A DNA stretch of 64,000 nucleotides, taken from NCBI GenBank assembly GCA_046566045.1, contig JBKHXL010000003.1:19740-83739 (forward strand). The letters run 5' to 3'. Under the pieces are notes generated by a model. It was not told where the DNA came from, did no database searches, and worked only from the letters and a program-made list of their open reading frames with translations. This document shows, piece by piece, positions 55,632 to 64,000 of the stretch (position 1 is the first letter of the stretch; every line of letters starts with the position of its first letter). The position numbers and the translations under genes are program-made. Origin of the DNA: Candidatus Limnocylindria bacterium (lineage in GTDB: Bacteria > Chloroflexota > Limnocylindria > Limnocylindrales > CSP1-4).

Positions 55632-56897
55632 ATGAGCCTGACGTCGGCTGCCGCCACGGCCCCCGACCGAGCCCGACCACGACGACCGTCGCGACGGCGC
55701 CGGGCCCGACGAGCGGCCGGTTCGATCGGCACGTACCTGCTGCTGGTGGTCATCGGCCTGGTCTTCATCTTCCCGTTCGTGTTCATGTTCACGACCTCGC
55801 TCAAGACCAGCGAGGAGGTCTTCCGCTATCCACCGCGCCTGCTCCCGACGACGCCCACCACGGTCGTCGTCGACGGCGAGCCCGTTCCCGTGTACAGCAT
55901 CCCCCTCGGGGATGCCGTGTACGAGATGATCGCGGTGGAGACGGGCGTCCCCGCCGGGGTGTTCGTCGCGCCCGGTGACCCGGCGACCACGACCGCCTGG
56001 CCCCTCGACCAGGCGACGCCGGTGACGGCGGCGGATGGCACGCCGGAGACCGTCATCGTGGACGGCATGGAGGCCCCCCTGTTCGACGTGGCCATCGCCG
56101 GTGAGACGGCGCGCCTGGCCAAGATCCGCGACACCGCCGTCGCGCAGTTCGTCGTTCCCGGCGACCCGACCGTGACCAGCTACGCGGTCCTGCGCACGGC
56201 CACGCCGGTCGAGCGGGTCACCGCCAACCCGGGGAACTTCGGCGACGTGCTGGAGCGATCGGGCTTCGACCGCAATCTCACGAATACCCTGCTGGTCACG
56301 CTGTTCATCGTCATCGGCCAGCTCTTCACCTCCATCCTGGGCGGCTATGCGTTCGCCCGCATCCGCTTCCCCGGCCGCGATGCCCTGTTCCTGGTCTACC
56401 TCGGCTCGATCATGATCCCGTTCGTCGTCCTGATCATCCCCCTCTACCAGTTCATGGTCGCCATCGGCTGGGTGGACCGCGTCCCGGCCCTCGTGCTGCC
56501 GTGGATCTTCAGCGCCTACGGCACGTTCCTGATGCGCCAGTTCTTCATCACCATCCCGCGCGAGCTGGAGGAGGCCGCGTTCGTCGATGGCGCCAGTCGC
56601 TGGACCATCCTGTGGCGCATCTTCGTGCCCCTGAGCATGCCGGCCATCGCGACCCAGGTGACGTTCTCGTTCCTGTACGCGTGGAACAGCTTCGTCTGGC
56701 CGTTCATCATCATCAGCACCGGGAACACGGATGCCCAGGTCCTGACCGTGGCCCTGCAGCAGTTCGGAGGGCGCGCAGCCGATTCGCCGCAGCTGGTGTT
56801 CGCCGGGGTGACCATCGCGGTCGCCGTGCCGGTCATCGCCTTCGCCCTGGTGCAGCGCTACTTCATGGAGAACGTCGCGACGAGCGGCATCAAGTGA
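55632..56897 (+). CDS. sugar ABC permease (MalG/UgpE-like) with a large extracytoplasmic insert
   Basis: EAA loop EEAAFVDGASRWTILWRIFVP. About 170 aa separate TM1 from TM2. Confidence 0.85.
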   Translation: MSLTSAAATAPDRARPRRPSRRRRARRAAGSIGTYLLLVVIGLVFIFPFVFMFTTSLKTSEEVFRYPPRLLPTTPTTVVVDGEPVPVYSIPLGDAVYEMIAVETGVPAGVFVAPGDPATTTAWPLDQATPVTAADGTPETVIVDGMEAPLFDVAIAGETARLAKIRDTAVAQFVVPGDPTVTSYAVLRTATPVERVTANPGNFGDVLERSGFDRNLTNTLLVTLFIVIGQLFTSILGGYAFARIRFPGRDALFLVYLGSIMIPFVVLIIPLYQFMVAIGWVDRVPALVLPWIFSAYGTFLMRQFFITIPRELEEAAFVDGASRWTILWRIFVPLSMPAIATQVTFSFLYAWNSFVWPFIIISTGNTDAQVLTVALQQFGGRAADSPQLVFAGVTIAVAVPVIAFALVQRYFMENVATSGIK

Positions 56898-56916
56898 CCG
56901 CTCCCTCGGGCGAGCC

Positions 56917-58116
56917 GTGAAGATCGGGGTCGTCGGCGGGGGCGGTTCGTTCGCCAGGGAGTTCATCCCGCTCTTCGCCGCGCACCCGGACGTGGCCGAG
57001 GTCGTCCTGGCCGAGGTCGTCCCGGAGCGACGACGGGAGGTCGCCGAGCGGTTCGCGATCCGACGCACGGTCGGCTCCCTGGACGAGCTGCTGGCAACGG
57101 ACGTGGACGCGGTCGCGATCTTCACCCAGCGCTGGCTGCATGCGCCCCAGGCGATCGCCGCCCTGCGGGCGGGCAGGCACGTCTACAGCGCGGTCCCGGC
57201 GGCCATCTCCATCCCGGAGCTGACCGAGCTCGTGGCCACCGTGGAGGCGACCGGCCGGACCTACATGATGGGCGAGACGAGCCACTACTACCCGGCGGCC
57301 ATCTACTGCCGGCAGCGCTACCGGGCCGGCGACTTCGGGCGCGTGGTCTATGCCGAGGGCGAGTACCTCCACGACATGTCGCACGGCTTCTACGACGCCT
57401 ATCGCCACTCCGGTGGCGCCGAGTGGAAGCGGACCGCCAGCTTCCCGCCGATGCTGTACGGGACGCACTCGGTGGCGATGGTCCTGTCCGTGACCGGCGG
57501 CGCGATGACCCACGTGTCGTGCCTCGGCCAGGAGGACGACGAAGACGACGGCGTGTTCGACGCCGAGGTCAGCCAGTGGGCCAACCCGTTCAGCAACCAG
57601 ACGGCCCTGTTCCGGATGGCCGACGGCGGGTCCTGCCGGATCAACGAGTTCCGACGTATCGGGATCTCGGCTGGTCCGTCGGTGCGCCTGTCCATGTTCG
57701 GCACCCGGGCGAGCTTCGAGGAGCAGGCCCGCGGGCGGGTGTGGACCACCCGGGATGCGGCGGCCCCGGAGGACCTGGAGGCGGCGCTGCGCTGCGCCGG
57801 CTACCCGGACGAGGACCCGGCACGGCCGCGCATCGGCATCGACGCGAGCTTCTCGGTCGGCCTGTCGCCGGTCCACGATGCGGGCCGACTGCCTGCCTCG
57901 TTCGCGGGGCTGCCCAACGGTCATTACGGCTCGCACCAGTTCCTGGCCCTGGACTTCATCGAGGCGTGCACGCTGGGACGTCGGCCCTCGACGACGGTCT
58001 GGGACGCCGCCCGCTACTGCGCGCCGGGCATCGTGGCGCACGAGTCATCGCAGCGTGGCGGAACCATGCTGGAGATCCCGCGCTTCCCGGAGCCGTCGGG
58101 GACCGCCCGGGACTGA
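56917..58116 (+). CDS. Gfo/Idh/MocA family oxidoreductase
   Basis: N-terminal Rossmann motif KIGVVGGGGSFAREF and a typical C-terminal alpha/beta domain. Confidence 0.85.
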   Translation: MKIGVVGGGGSFAREFIPLFAAHPDVAEVVLAEVVPERRREVAERFAIRRTVGSLDELLATDVDAVAIFTQRWLHAPQAIAALRAGRHVYSAVPAAISIPELTELVATVEATGRTYMMGETSHYYPAAIYCRQRYRAGDFGRVVYAEGEYLHDMSHGFYDAYRHSGGAEWKRTASFPPMLYGTHSVAMVLSVTGGAMTHVSCLGQEDDEDDGVFDAEVSQWANPFSNQTALFRMADGGSCRINEFRRIGISAGPSVRLSMFGTRASFEEQARGRVWTTRDAAAPEDLEAALRCAGYPDEDPARPRIGIDASFSVGLSPVHDAGRLPASFAGLPNGHYGSHQFLALDFIEACTLGRRPSTTVWDAARYCAPGIVAHESSQRGGTMLEIPRFPEPSGTARD

Positions 58117-58178
58117 GCGGGGCGGCGGGCGGCGGTCCGGTCCGCATACCATGTCCCGACACACACGGCGGAGGCACG

Positions 58179-59597
58179 ATGCGGCTCTGGGGCGGGCGCT
58201 TCAGCGAGGACAACGATCAGCGGGTCGCCGACTTCACGCGCTCGGTCGAGCTCGACCGGGCGCTCGCCGCCGACGACATCGCGGGCTCCATCGCCCACGT
58301 CCGCGGCCTGGGCCGGGCGGGCCTGCTCACCGACGCCGAGGTGCGCCAGCTGGTGGATGGCCTGACCGGCCTGGCCGAGGCCGTCGCGGCCGACGAGATC
58401 GCCTGGGATCCGGCGCTCGAGGACGTCCACCTCAACCTCGAGGCCGCGCTGGCCGAGCGGATCGGTCCCGTGGCCGGCAAGCTCCACACCGGCCGTTCGC
58501 GCAACGACCAGGTCGCGACCGACCTGCGCCTGTGGCTGCGCCGGGCCATCGATGGCCTCGACGACGCGCTGGTGGACTTCGAGCGTGCGCTGGTCGAGCT
58601 GGCCGAGCGGGAGGGCGGCGCCATCCTGCCGGGCACGACCCACATCCAGCCGGCTCAGCCCGTCCTGTTCGCCCATCACCTGCTGGCCTACGTGGAGATG
58701 GCCGAGCGCGACCGGGGCCGCCTGGCCGATGCCCGGCGCCGGGCCAACCGCTCGCCGCTCGGGGCCGGGGCGCTGGCCGGCGCCGGCTACCCGCTCGACC
58801 GGGAGGCGACCGCCGCGGAACTGGGCTTCGATGGCGTGACCGCGAACTCCCTGGATGCGGTCAGCGATCGCGACTTCGTGGTCGAGGCGCTCGCGGCGAT
58901 CGCCCTCGGGATGGTCCATCTCAGCCGCCTGGCCGAGGAGATCACCTGGTGGTCCAACCCGGCCTTCGGCTTCGTCCGGGCGTCCGACGCGTTCTCGACC
59001 GGCTCGTCGATCATGCCCAACAAGAAGAACCCGGACCCGGCCGAGCTCGTCCGCGGCCGTGCGGCCCGCCTGATCGGCTCGCTGGCCGCCGCCCTGACCC
59101 TGCTCAAGGGCCTGCCCCTCGCCTATCAGCGCGACCTGCAGGAGGACAAGGCGCCGCTGTTCGACGCCGTGGCCGTGTTCGAGGCGTCCCTCGGCGTGCT
59201 CGCCGGCATGCTGCGGACGATGCACGTGGACCACGCCCGGATGCGGGCGGCCACCGACCAGGGCTACACGACGGCGACCGCCGTGGCCGACGCGCTCGTC
59301 CGTCGCGGCATCCCGTTCCGGGTCGCCCACCACGTCGTGGGCTCGCTGGTCGCCCAGGCCGAGGCGGCGGGCATCGGCCTCGACGCCGTCCCGGACGCGA
59401 TGATCGGGATGGCCCTGGCCGCCGCCGGGGACGAGGGGACGTCGACCCTCGCCGCGGACCCGGGGATCGGCGACCACCTGCGCGCGTCCGCGTCGGTGGA
59501 CGCGGCGCTGGCCAGCTGCGACGTGATCGGTGGCACCGCACCCGCTCGGGTCGCCGCCGCCCTGGCGGCCGTCCGGGCGCGCCTCGACGAGGTCTGA
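58179..59597 (+). CDS. argH: argininosuccinate lyase
   Basis: LWGGRFSE start and the GSSIMPNKKNPD signature. GGAGG RBS. Confidence 0.95.
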   Translation: MRLWGGRFSEDNDQRVADFTRSVELDRALAADDIAGSIAHVRGLGRAGLLTDAEVRQLVDGLTGLAEAVAADEIAWDPALEDVHLNLEAALAERIGPVAGKLHTGRSRNDQVATDLRLWLRRAIDGLDDALVDFERALVELAEREGGAILPGTTHIQPAQPVLFAHHLLAYVEMAERDRGRLADARRRANRSPLGAGALAGAGYPLDREATAAELGFDGVTANSLDAVSDRDFVVEALAAIALGMVHLSRLAEEITWWSNPAFGFVRASDAFSTGSSIMPNKKNPDPAELVRGRAARLIGSLAAALTLLKGLPLAYQRDLQEDKAPLFDAVAVFEASLGVLAGMLRTMHVDHARMRAATDQGYTTATAVADALVRRGIPFRVAHHVVGSLVAQAEAAGIGLDAVPDAMIGMALAAAGDEGTSTLAADPGIGDHLRASASVDAALASCDVIGGTAPARVAAALAAVRARLDEV

Positions 59598-59663
59598 TCC
59601 GCGGTCGCTCCCGGCGATCCTCCCGCCGCCCGAGGGCCCGACATCGTCCGGTACCATCCCCTG

Positions 59664-60773
59664 ATGACGCTCAGCGCCGAGACCATCGTCGCCGCCCCGA
59701 AGGCGATGCTCCACGATCACCTCGACGGCGGCCTGCGACCGGCCACCATCGTGGACCTGGCGGCCGAGTACGGGTACGGCGGGCTGCCGACGACCGACCC
59801 GGACGCCCTGGCCGCGCACATCCGGCGCGGCGCCGACCGCAAGAGCCTGGAGCTGTACCTCGAGACGTTCGCGCACACGGTCGGGGTCATGCAGGAGCGC
59901 GACGCGATCAGCCGGGTCGCCGCCGAGTGCGCCGAGGACCTCGCCGCGGACGGGGTGGTCTACGCCGAGGTGCGCATGGCGCCCGAACTATGCACGGAAC
60001 GGGGCCTGACCCTCGACGAGGTGCAGGACGCCATCCTGGAGGGCTACCGGGTGGGCGAGGCCCGTGCGGCCGCCGCCGGCCACCCGATCGTCATGCGCGC
60101 GCTGGTCACGGCCATGCGCCAGGCCGCCCGCTCCGTCGAGGTCGCCGAGTGTGCCGTGCGCTTCCGCGACCAGGGCGTGGTCGGCTTCGACATCGCCGGC
60201 CCCGAGGCGGGCTATCGCCCGACGCGGCACATGGAGGCGTTCGACCTCGTCCGCCGCGAGAACTTCCACATCACCATCCACGCCGGCGAATCGTTCGGCC
60301 TGCCGAGCATCTGGGAGGCCCTCCAGTTCTGCGGCGCCGAGCGGCTCGGTCACGGCGTCCGCATCGTCGACGACATCGCCGTGCGCGACGACGGCACGGT
60401 CGAGATGGGCCGGCTGGCGACGTTCGTGCGCGATCGTCGCGTGCCGCTCGAGATGTGCCCGACCTCGAACGTCCACACCGCGGCGGCGCCGTCGATCGAG
60501 GAGCACCCGATCGACCTGCTCCGGCGCCTGCGCTTCCGGGTCACGGTCAACACCGACAACCGGCTGATGAGCGGCGTGACCCTGTCGAGCGAGTTCGCGG
60601 CGCTCGACGAGGCGTTCGGCCTGGGCCTCGGTGAGATGGAGTGGCTGACGATCAACGCGCTCAAGTCGGCGTTCGCCCCATTCGATGAGCGGTTGCGCCT
60701 CATCAACGAGCTGGTCAAGCCGGGCTACGCCCGCCTGCGGGCCGAGCAGTCGAGGGTCGTCGCCGTCTCGTGA
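59664..60773 (+). CDS. add: adenosine deaminase
   Basis: [15 protein letters not shown], and CPTSN...NTDN motifs. The ATG lies 6 nt after TACCAT (59652-59657). Confidence 0.9.
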   Translation: MTLSAETIVAAPKAMLHDHLDGGLRPATIVDLAAEYGYGGLPTTDPDALAAHIRRGADRKSLELYLETFAHTVGVMQERDAISRVAAECAEDLAADGVVYAEVRMAPELCTERGLTLDEVQDAILEGYRVGEARAAAAGHPIVMRALVTAMRQAARSVEVAECAVRFRDQGVVGFDIAGPEAGYRPTRHMEAFDLVRRENFHITIHAGESFGLPSIWEALQFCGAERLGHGVRIVDDIAVRDDGTVEMGRLATFVRDRRVPLEMCPTSNVHTAAAPSIEEHPIDLLRRLRFRVTVNTDNRLMSGVTLSSEFAALDEAFGLGLGEMEWLTINALKSAFAPFDERLRLINELVKPGYARLRAEQSRVVAVS

Positions 60774-61444
60774 CCGCGTCGCCGACCGAGCCGCGCTGGG
60801 CGCCCGGCCCCAAGCTCACGCCCAAGGTCCTACTGGAAGGTACGCGGCTCACCCACAAGACAGACCTCGCCTTCGCCCTCAACGACCACGCGCCGTTCAT
60901 CGGGCCGCGCAAGTACCGCTACCATCCGCCGCTCGTGTCGGCGGAGTGGGGCGCGTTCACGCCGTACCCCTGGGGCCGAGGCATCATCGACTACGAGGAC
61001 GACCAGCACGACCTGGCCATGGAGACATACGCGACGTGGGCCCGCCTGTTCGAGCTCCATCGTTACTACTCGTGGGTCGTGGACCGCTTCCACCTGTCCA
61101 CGCAGGTCTGGCAGCGCATCCACCGCGGACGCGACGAGGACTTCGGCTGGCTGGAGGATCGACTCCTGCCGCTGGGCTTCCACGTCGTCCTTTGCACGCG
61201 CCGGCCTGAGACGTTCGAGGCGGCCCGCGCCGAGCGCCTCCTCGTCAGCGGCGATCCCTCGCAGTACGACGACCTGGGCGTATTCCTGCGTGAGCAGGAC
61301 GTGCTCCGCGAGCTCGCCTCGGCGTCGCGACTGCCGGTCCTGGAGTTGGACACGAGCGATGGCGATATGGACACCGCGTGTACCGCCATCACGGACTGGA
61401 TGACCGCCACCGGCGGCCTCTGGGCTCCCGGGCCCGACGGCTGA
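60770..61444 (+). CDS. nucleoside/nucleotide-kinase-fold protein with a degenerate Walker A motif
   Basis: [12 protein letters not shown] occupies the position of GxxxxGK(T/S). [10 protein letters not shown] resembles the DRY..S..Y motif of dTMP/dN kinases. The C-terminal layout ([19 protein letters not shown]...VLELDTS) is kinase-like. GTGA overlap with add. Confidence 0.5.
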   Translation: MTASPTEPRWAPGPKLTPKVLLEGTRLTHKTDLAFALNDHAPFIGPRKYRYHPPLVSAEWGAFTPYPWGRGIIDYEDDQHDLAMETYATWARLFELHRYYSWVVDRFHLSTQVWQRIHRGRDEDFGWLEDRLLPLGFHVVLCTRRPETFEAARAERLLVSGDPSQYDDLGVFLREQDVLRELASASRLPVLELDTSDGDMDTACTAITDWMTATGGLWAPGPDG

Positions 61445-61448
61445 CGCG

Positions 61449-61898
61449 TCAGACGGGCGGGGCGTCGGTGCTCGTCAGTGGATGCCGGACGTGCAACCTC
61501 GTGAATCGGCTGAAGTCGCGATCGGTCGTGATGAGGGTCGCGCGCTGCTCGATGGCGAGCGCGGCGAGGTAGGCATCCGGGACCAGGTTGCCCCGCGCGT
61601 TCGCCGTTCGGCACGTCCGCTCGAAGATCGTCCAGAGCTGGCCTCCTGGAACGATGGACACGGTGGCTGGCGCTGCCCGGACCGCCGCAGCGAAGGCGAG
61701 TGCGAGGTCCAGCGAGGCGGGCCTCGCCAGGATCCGCGGATGGGTCACGATCCGAACGAACGCAGCGAGCACGGTATCGGCGATGCCGACCGGCTCGTCG
61801 CCCTCAAGGGTGTTCGTGAGCCACGCGAGATGGCGCTCGTGGTCGACAGCGGACGCATCGAAGGCGTAGACGAGCACGTTGACATCGAGCAGGAGCAC
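61449..61898 (-). CDS. vapC: type II toxin VapC (PIN-domain ribonuclease)
   Basis: LLLDVNVLV at the N-terminus and TTDRDFSRF near the C-terminus (PIN acidic residues). Lies 3 nt after vapB. Confidence 0.9.
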   Translation of the reverse strand: MLLLDVNVLVYAFDASAVDHERHLAWLTNTLEGDEPVGIADTVLAAFVRIVTHPRILARPASLDLALAFAAAVRAAPATVSIVPGGQLWTIFERTCRTANARGNLVPDAYLAALAIEQRATLITTDRDFSRFTRLHVRHPLTSTDAPPV

Positions 61899-61901
61899 GG
61901 G

Positions 61902-62138
61902 TCAGCGACCGTCCATCCGGTCCAGGAGGTCGGCCGAATCGTCGAGATCCACACCCGGCTGTAGGCCACCACCGGCGTGGCTTGGCAACTGGACCCGACG
62001 CGCGGCGGTCGTCTGGCGCCGCTGCAGGGCAGCGCGCAGGGCGTCATCGATCACCTCACTGATCGTCCGGCCGGAGCGGGCAGCGACGGTCTTGACCTCC
62101 ATGAGGAGCTGGTCATCGATGGTGACAGTGGTGCGCAT
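61902..62138 (-). CDS. vapB: type II antitoxin VapB (ribbon-helix-helix)
   Basis: MRTTVTIDDQLLMEVKTVAARSGRTISEVIDDALRAAL is an RHH/CopG-type N-terminus. Confidence 0.85.
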   Translation of the reverse strand: MRTTVTIDDQLLMEVKTVAARSGRTISEVIDDALRAALQRRQTTAARRVQLPSHAGGGLQPGVDLDDSADLLDRMDGR

Positions 62139-62174
62139 GCATCAAAGCATCAGATGAGCGCATCAAGATGTCAA
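62139..62174 (-). promoter_or_regulatory. vapBC promoter/operator (leaderless)
   Basis: The minus strand reads TTGACA-17 nt-GATGCT-TTGATGC-ATG. There are three TGATGC repeats (plus-strand GCATCA at 62139, 62147 and 62160). Confidence 0.5.
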
Positions 62175-62191
62175 TCGCCTTCGGGCAAGCC

Positions 62192-63025
62192 TCAGCGGTC
62201 CAGCACGTCCGCTACGTCGGGGAGGACAGCGGCCATGCCGGCCACCACGACGGCGACCAATCCGACCCGGCCGACGACCAGAGCCCACGCGGGGATGGCG
62301 CGGTCGTTGATCCGCGCGAACCAGGTCACGAGCGTCGCGACCCCGACCACGACCAGCGAGATCCCGACCAGGCGGAGCCGCGGCCCGAAGTACAGCGGGA
62401 TGACCGCGACCACGAACAGGAACAGCCCGATCGCCGCGAGTACCGCAAACACCGTGATGGTGCGGCGGTCGCCGCTGGCCGGCCGTGCCAGCCTGGGCTC
62501 CAGCCAGCCCTCGACGAGCACCAGGGCCGGTCCGAACAGCCCGACGAGGATCACCAGCGAGGCCACGACCAGCGGGTCGTTGCCCAGGATGGCGAAGTCG
62601 CGATTGCGCGGATCGATCAGGCCGGACGTGCCGAGCGCGAGCGCGATGGGCACGCTGACGGCGGCCCGGGCCATCGCCGAGCGGGGCAGGAAGGCGCGGA
62701 TGGTGACCCACAGGGCACCGACGGCGACCCCGAAGAACAGGCCGATGAAGATGATCAGGGCGAGCGTCCCCTCCAGGGTGATGTCGCCGACGCGGTTGCC
62801 GTTCTCGGTCACGGCACCGTCAGCGCCCGGGACGAGCAGGGCGGCCAGACGCATGACGAGTCGCCCGCCGATGCCGGCCACGACGATGCCCACGATGAGC
62901 CCCGCCAGCCCACCGCGAACGATGTCGCGGAGGACATCGAGCGCCCCCGCAGTAGGGTCGTCGCGCGCTGGCTCAGGCGCGTGCGCCACGTCGGCGCTGG
63001 CCGCGATGGATGGGACATCCGCCAT
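62192..63025 (-). CDS. hypothetical integral membrane protein
   Basis: 277 aa with about seven hydrophobic helices, strongly G/C-ending codons, and an AT-rich promoter-like region upstream. I recognise no family. Confidence 0.6.
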   Translation of the reverse strand: MADVPSIAASADVAHAPEPARDDPTAGALDVLRDIVRGGLAGLIVGIVVAGIGGRLVMRLAALLVPGADGAVTENGNRVGDITLEGTLALIIFIGLFFGVAVGALWVTIRAFLPRSAMARAAVSVPIALALGTSGLIDPRNRDFAILGNDPLVVASLVILVGLFGPALVLVEGWLEPRLARPASGDRRTITVFAVLAAIGLFLFVVAVIPLYFGPRLRLVGISLVVVGVATLVTWFARINDRAIPAWALVVGRVGLVAVVVAGMAAVLPDVADVLDR

Positions 63026-63127
63026 GGCAACGACCCCATGCGCGCGACATCGACCAAGGAATAGGAAGATATGTCGCAGGCCGATATATAGACCCGCCCG
63101 CGCCGGCTGTCAACGGTCTGGCTGCGA

Positions 63128-64000
63128 CTACCCGGCGGGCAACCCCACCACGAAGCGGGAGCTCGCGTAGCCGTTGGGCTCGATGAAGATGCGTCCGCCC
63201 ATCGCCGTCATCAGCCGCCTCGAGGCGAACAGGCCGATGCCCGAGCCGCGCGACCGGCCGCGGCCCTCGATGCGCACGAATGGCTCGAACACGCTCTCCC
63301 AGTCCTCGCGCGGGACGCCCGGTCCGTCGTCGGTGACGTAGACCTGGATCTCGTCGCCGTGGTGCCACACGCCGATACTCACGCCGTCGGCCGACGGCGC
63401 GTACTTCGACTCGTTCTCCAGGAGCTGTTCCAGCACCTGCCGGAAGCGTGCCTCGTCGCCGATCGCCGTGTACCAGCCGTCGGGCCGGGTCCAGCGGATG
63501 GGATGCGGTCGTAGCAGGAGGCGCAGCCTCTCGACCGTCTCGTCCACCACCCGGACCACATCGAAGGGCGCGCGCGACAGCCCGGTCAGCCCCTCACCGC
63601 GGACCGATGCCAGGATGGAATCCACGAGCCGGTCCAGGCGCGCCAGCTGGTCGTTGGCGGCCTCTTGCCACGCGCCGGTCGACGGTGCCGGTTCGCCGGC
63701 GGCGGCCGCCTCGGCCAGCAGGTCCACGTATACCCGGACCACGCTGAGCGGCGTGCGCAGCTCGTGGGTGACGACGCTCAGCAGCTCGGCGCGGGCGGCG
63801 TCCAGGGCGGTCAGCTGCTCCAGGCGCGCCTCCACCTCGGCCGTCAGGCGGCCCTTCTCCACGATGCCCGCCAGCAGCGCGGCGATGGTCTGCAGGAACT
63901 CGATCTCATCGAGCGTGAACTCGCGCACGTCGCGGGTCTGGACGTTGAGCACGCCGACGACCTCGCCGTGCCAGATGAGGGGCACGGACAGGAAGCCCGC
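63128..64000 (-). CDS. GAF-domain sensor histidine kinase (partial, N-terminus beyond the window)
   Basis: GAF-like PLIWHGEVVGVLNV, H-box VVTHELRTPLSV, and HATPase motifs (DDGPGVP, GSGIGL). The ORF runs to the window edge. Confidence 0.85.
   Translation of the reverse strand, partial: AGFLSVPLIWHGEVVGVLNVQTRDVREFTLDEIEFLQTIAALLAGIVEKGRLTAEVEARLEQLTALDAARAELLSVVTHELRTPLSVVRVYVDLLAEAAAAGEPAPSTGAWQEAANDQLARLDRLVDSILASVRGEGLTGLSRAPFDVVRVVDETVERLRLLLRPHPIRWTRPDGWYTAIGDEARFRQVLEQLLENESKYAPSADGVSIGVWHHGDEIQVYVTDDGPGVPREDWESVFEPFVRIEGRGRSRGSGIGLFASRRLMTAMGGRIFIEPNGYASSRFVVGLPAG

Noticed and set aside
61449-63127. A mobile element or genomic island around vapBC and the hypothetical membrane protein.
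   Set aside because: There is no integrase, transposase, flanking tRNA or direct repeat, and no obvious GC shift apart from short AT-rich promoter patches. vapBC pairs are commonly chromosomal.

Overview
A 64 kb stretch of very GC-rich chromosomal DNA, about 70% GC by eye. Several genes look leaderless and there are many 1-4 bp start/stop overlaps, which fits a high-GC Gram-positive-type lineage; I cannot name the taxon. I support about 60 CDS. I saw no rRNA, tRNA, CRISPR array, transposase or integrase. Layout: (i) 0.2-23.5 kb is a dense phosphate, arsenic and polyphosphate neighbourhood. It holds a PhoR-like kinase, two phosphoesterases, arsM/arsR, a pstSCAB-phoU operon that continues into arsC and a SixA-like phosphatase, a secreted phytase-like protein, a decayed phoX, an aspartate-less OmpR-type regulator, crcB, an AlgP-like KPAA-repeat protein, ppx, a CYTH-CHAD gene and ppk1 preceded in-frame by a DUF971 module. 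(ii) 23.6-43.8 kb holds a P-type ATPase, ABC exporters, a DNA-ligase-like protein lacking its catalytic lysine, deoC, merR-MFS, NUDIX, a sugar kinase, a MepA-like peptidase, an aldehyde dehydrogenase/cupin/SRPBCC/YibE-F operon and DMT transporters. (iii) 43.9-58.1 kb is a galactoside-utilisation cluster (galK, MFS, GH36, GH42, deoR, galT, sugar ABC importer, Gfo/Idh/MocA). It is followed by argH, add, a kinase-fold protein with a degenerate P-loop, vapBC, a membrane protein and a partial GAF-histidine kinase. The leads I rate highest are the arsC-sixA extension of the pst-phoU operon, the polyphosphate island with an AlgP-like protein and a stop-less DUF971-ppk1 junction, the lysine-less ligase homologue, and a small Cys-Cys-tailed ORF coupled to arsM. 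Several genes (phoX, a GGDEF gene, an ABC-2 permease) look decayed. All calls rest on reading the supplied translations and DNA by eye; no database search was run.
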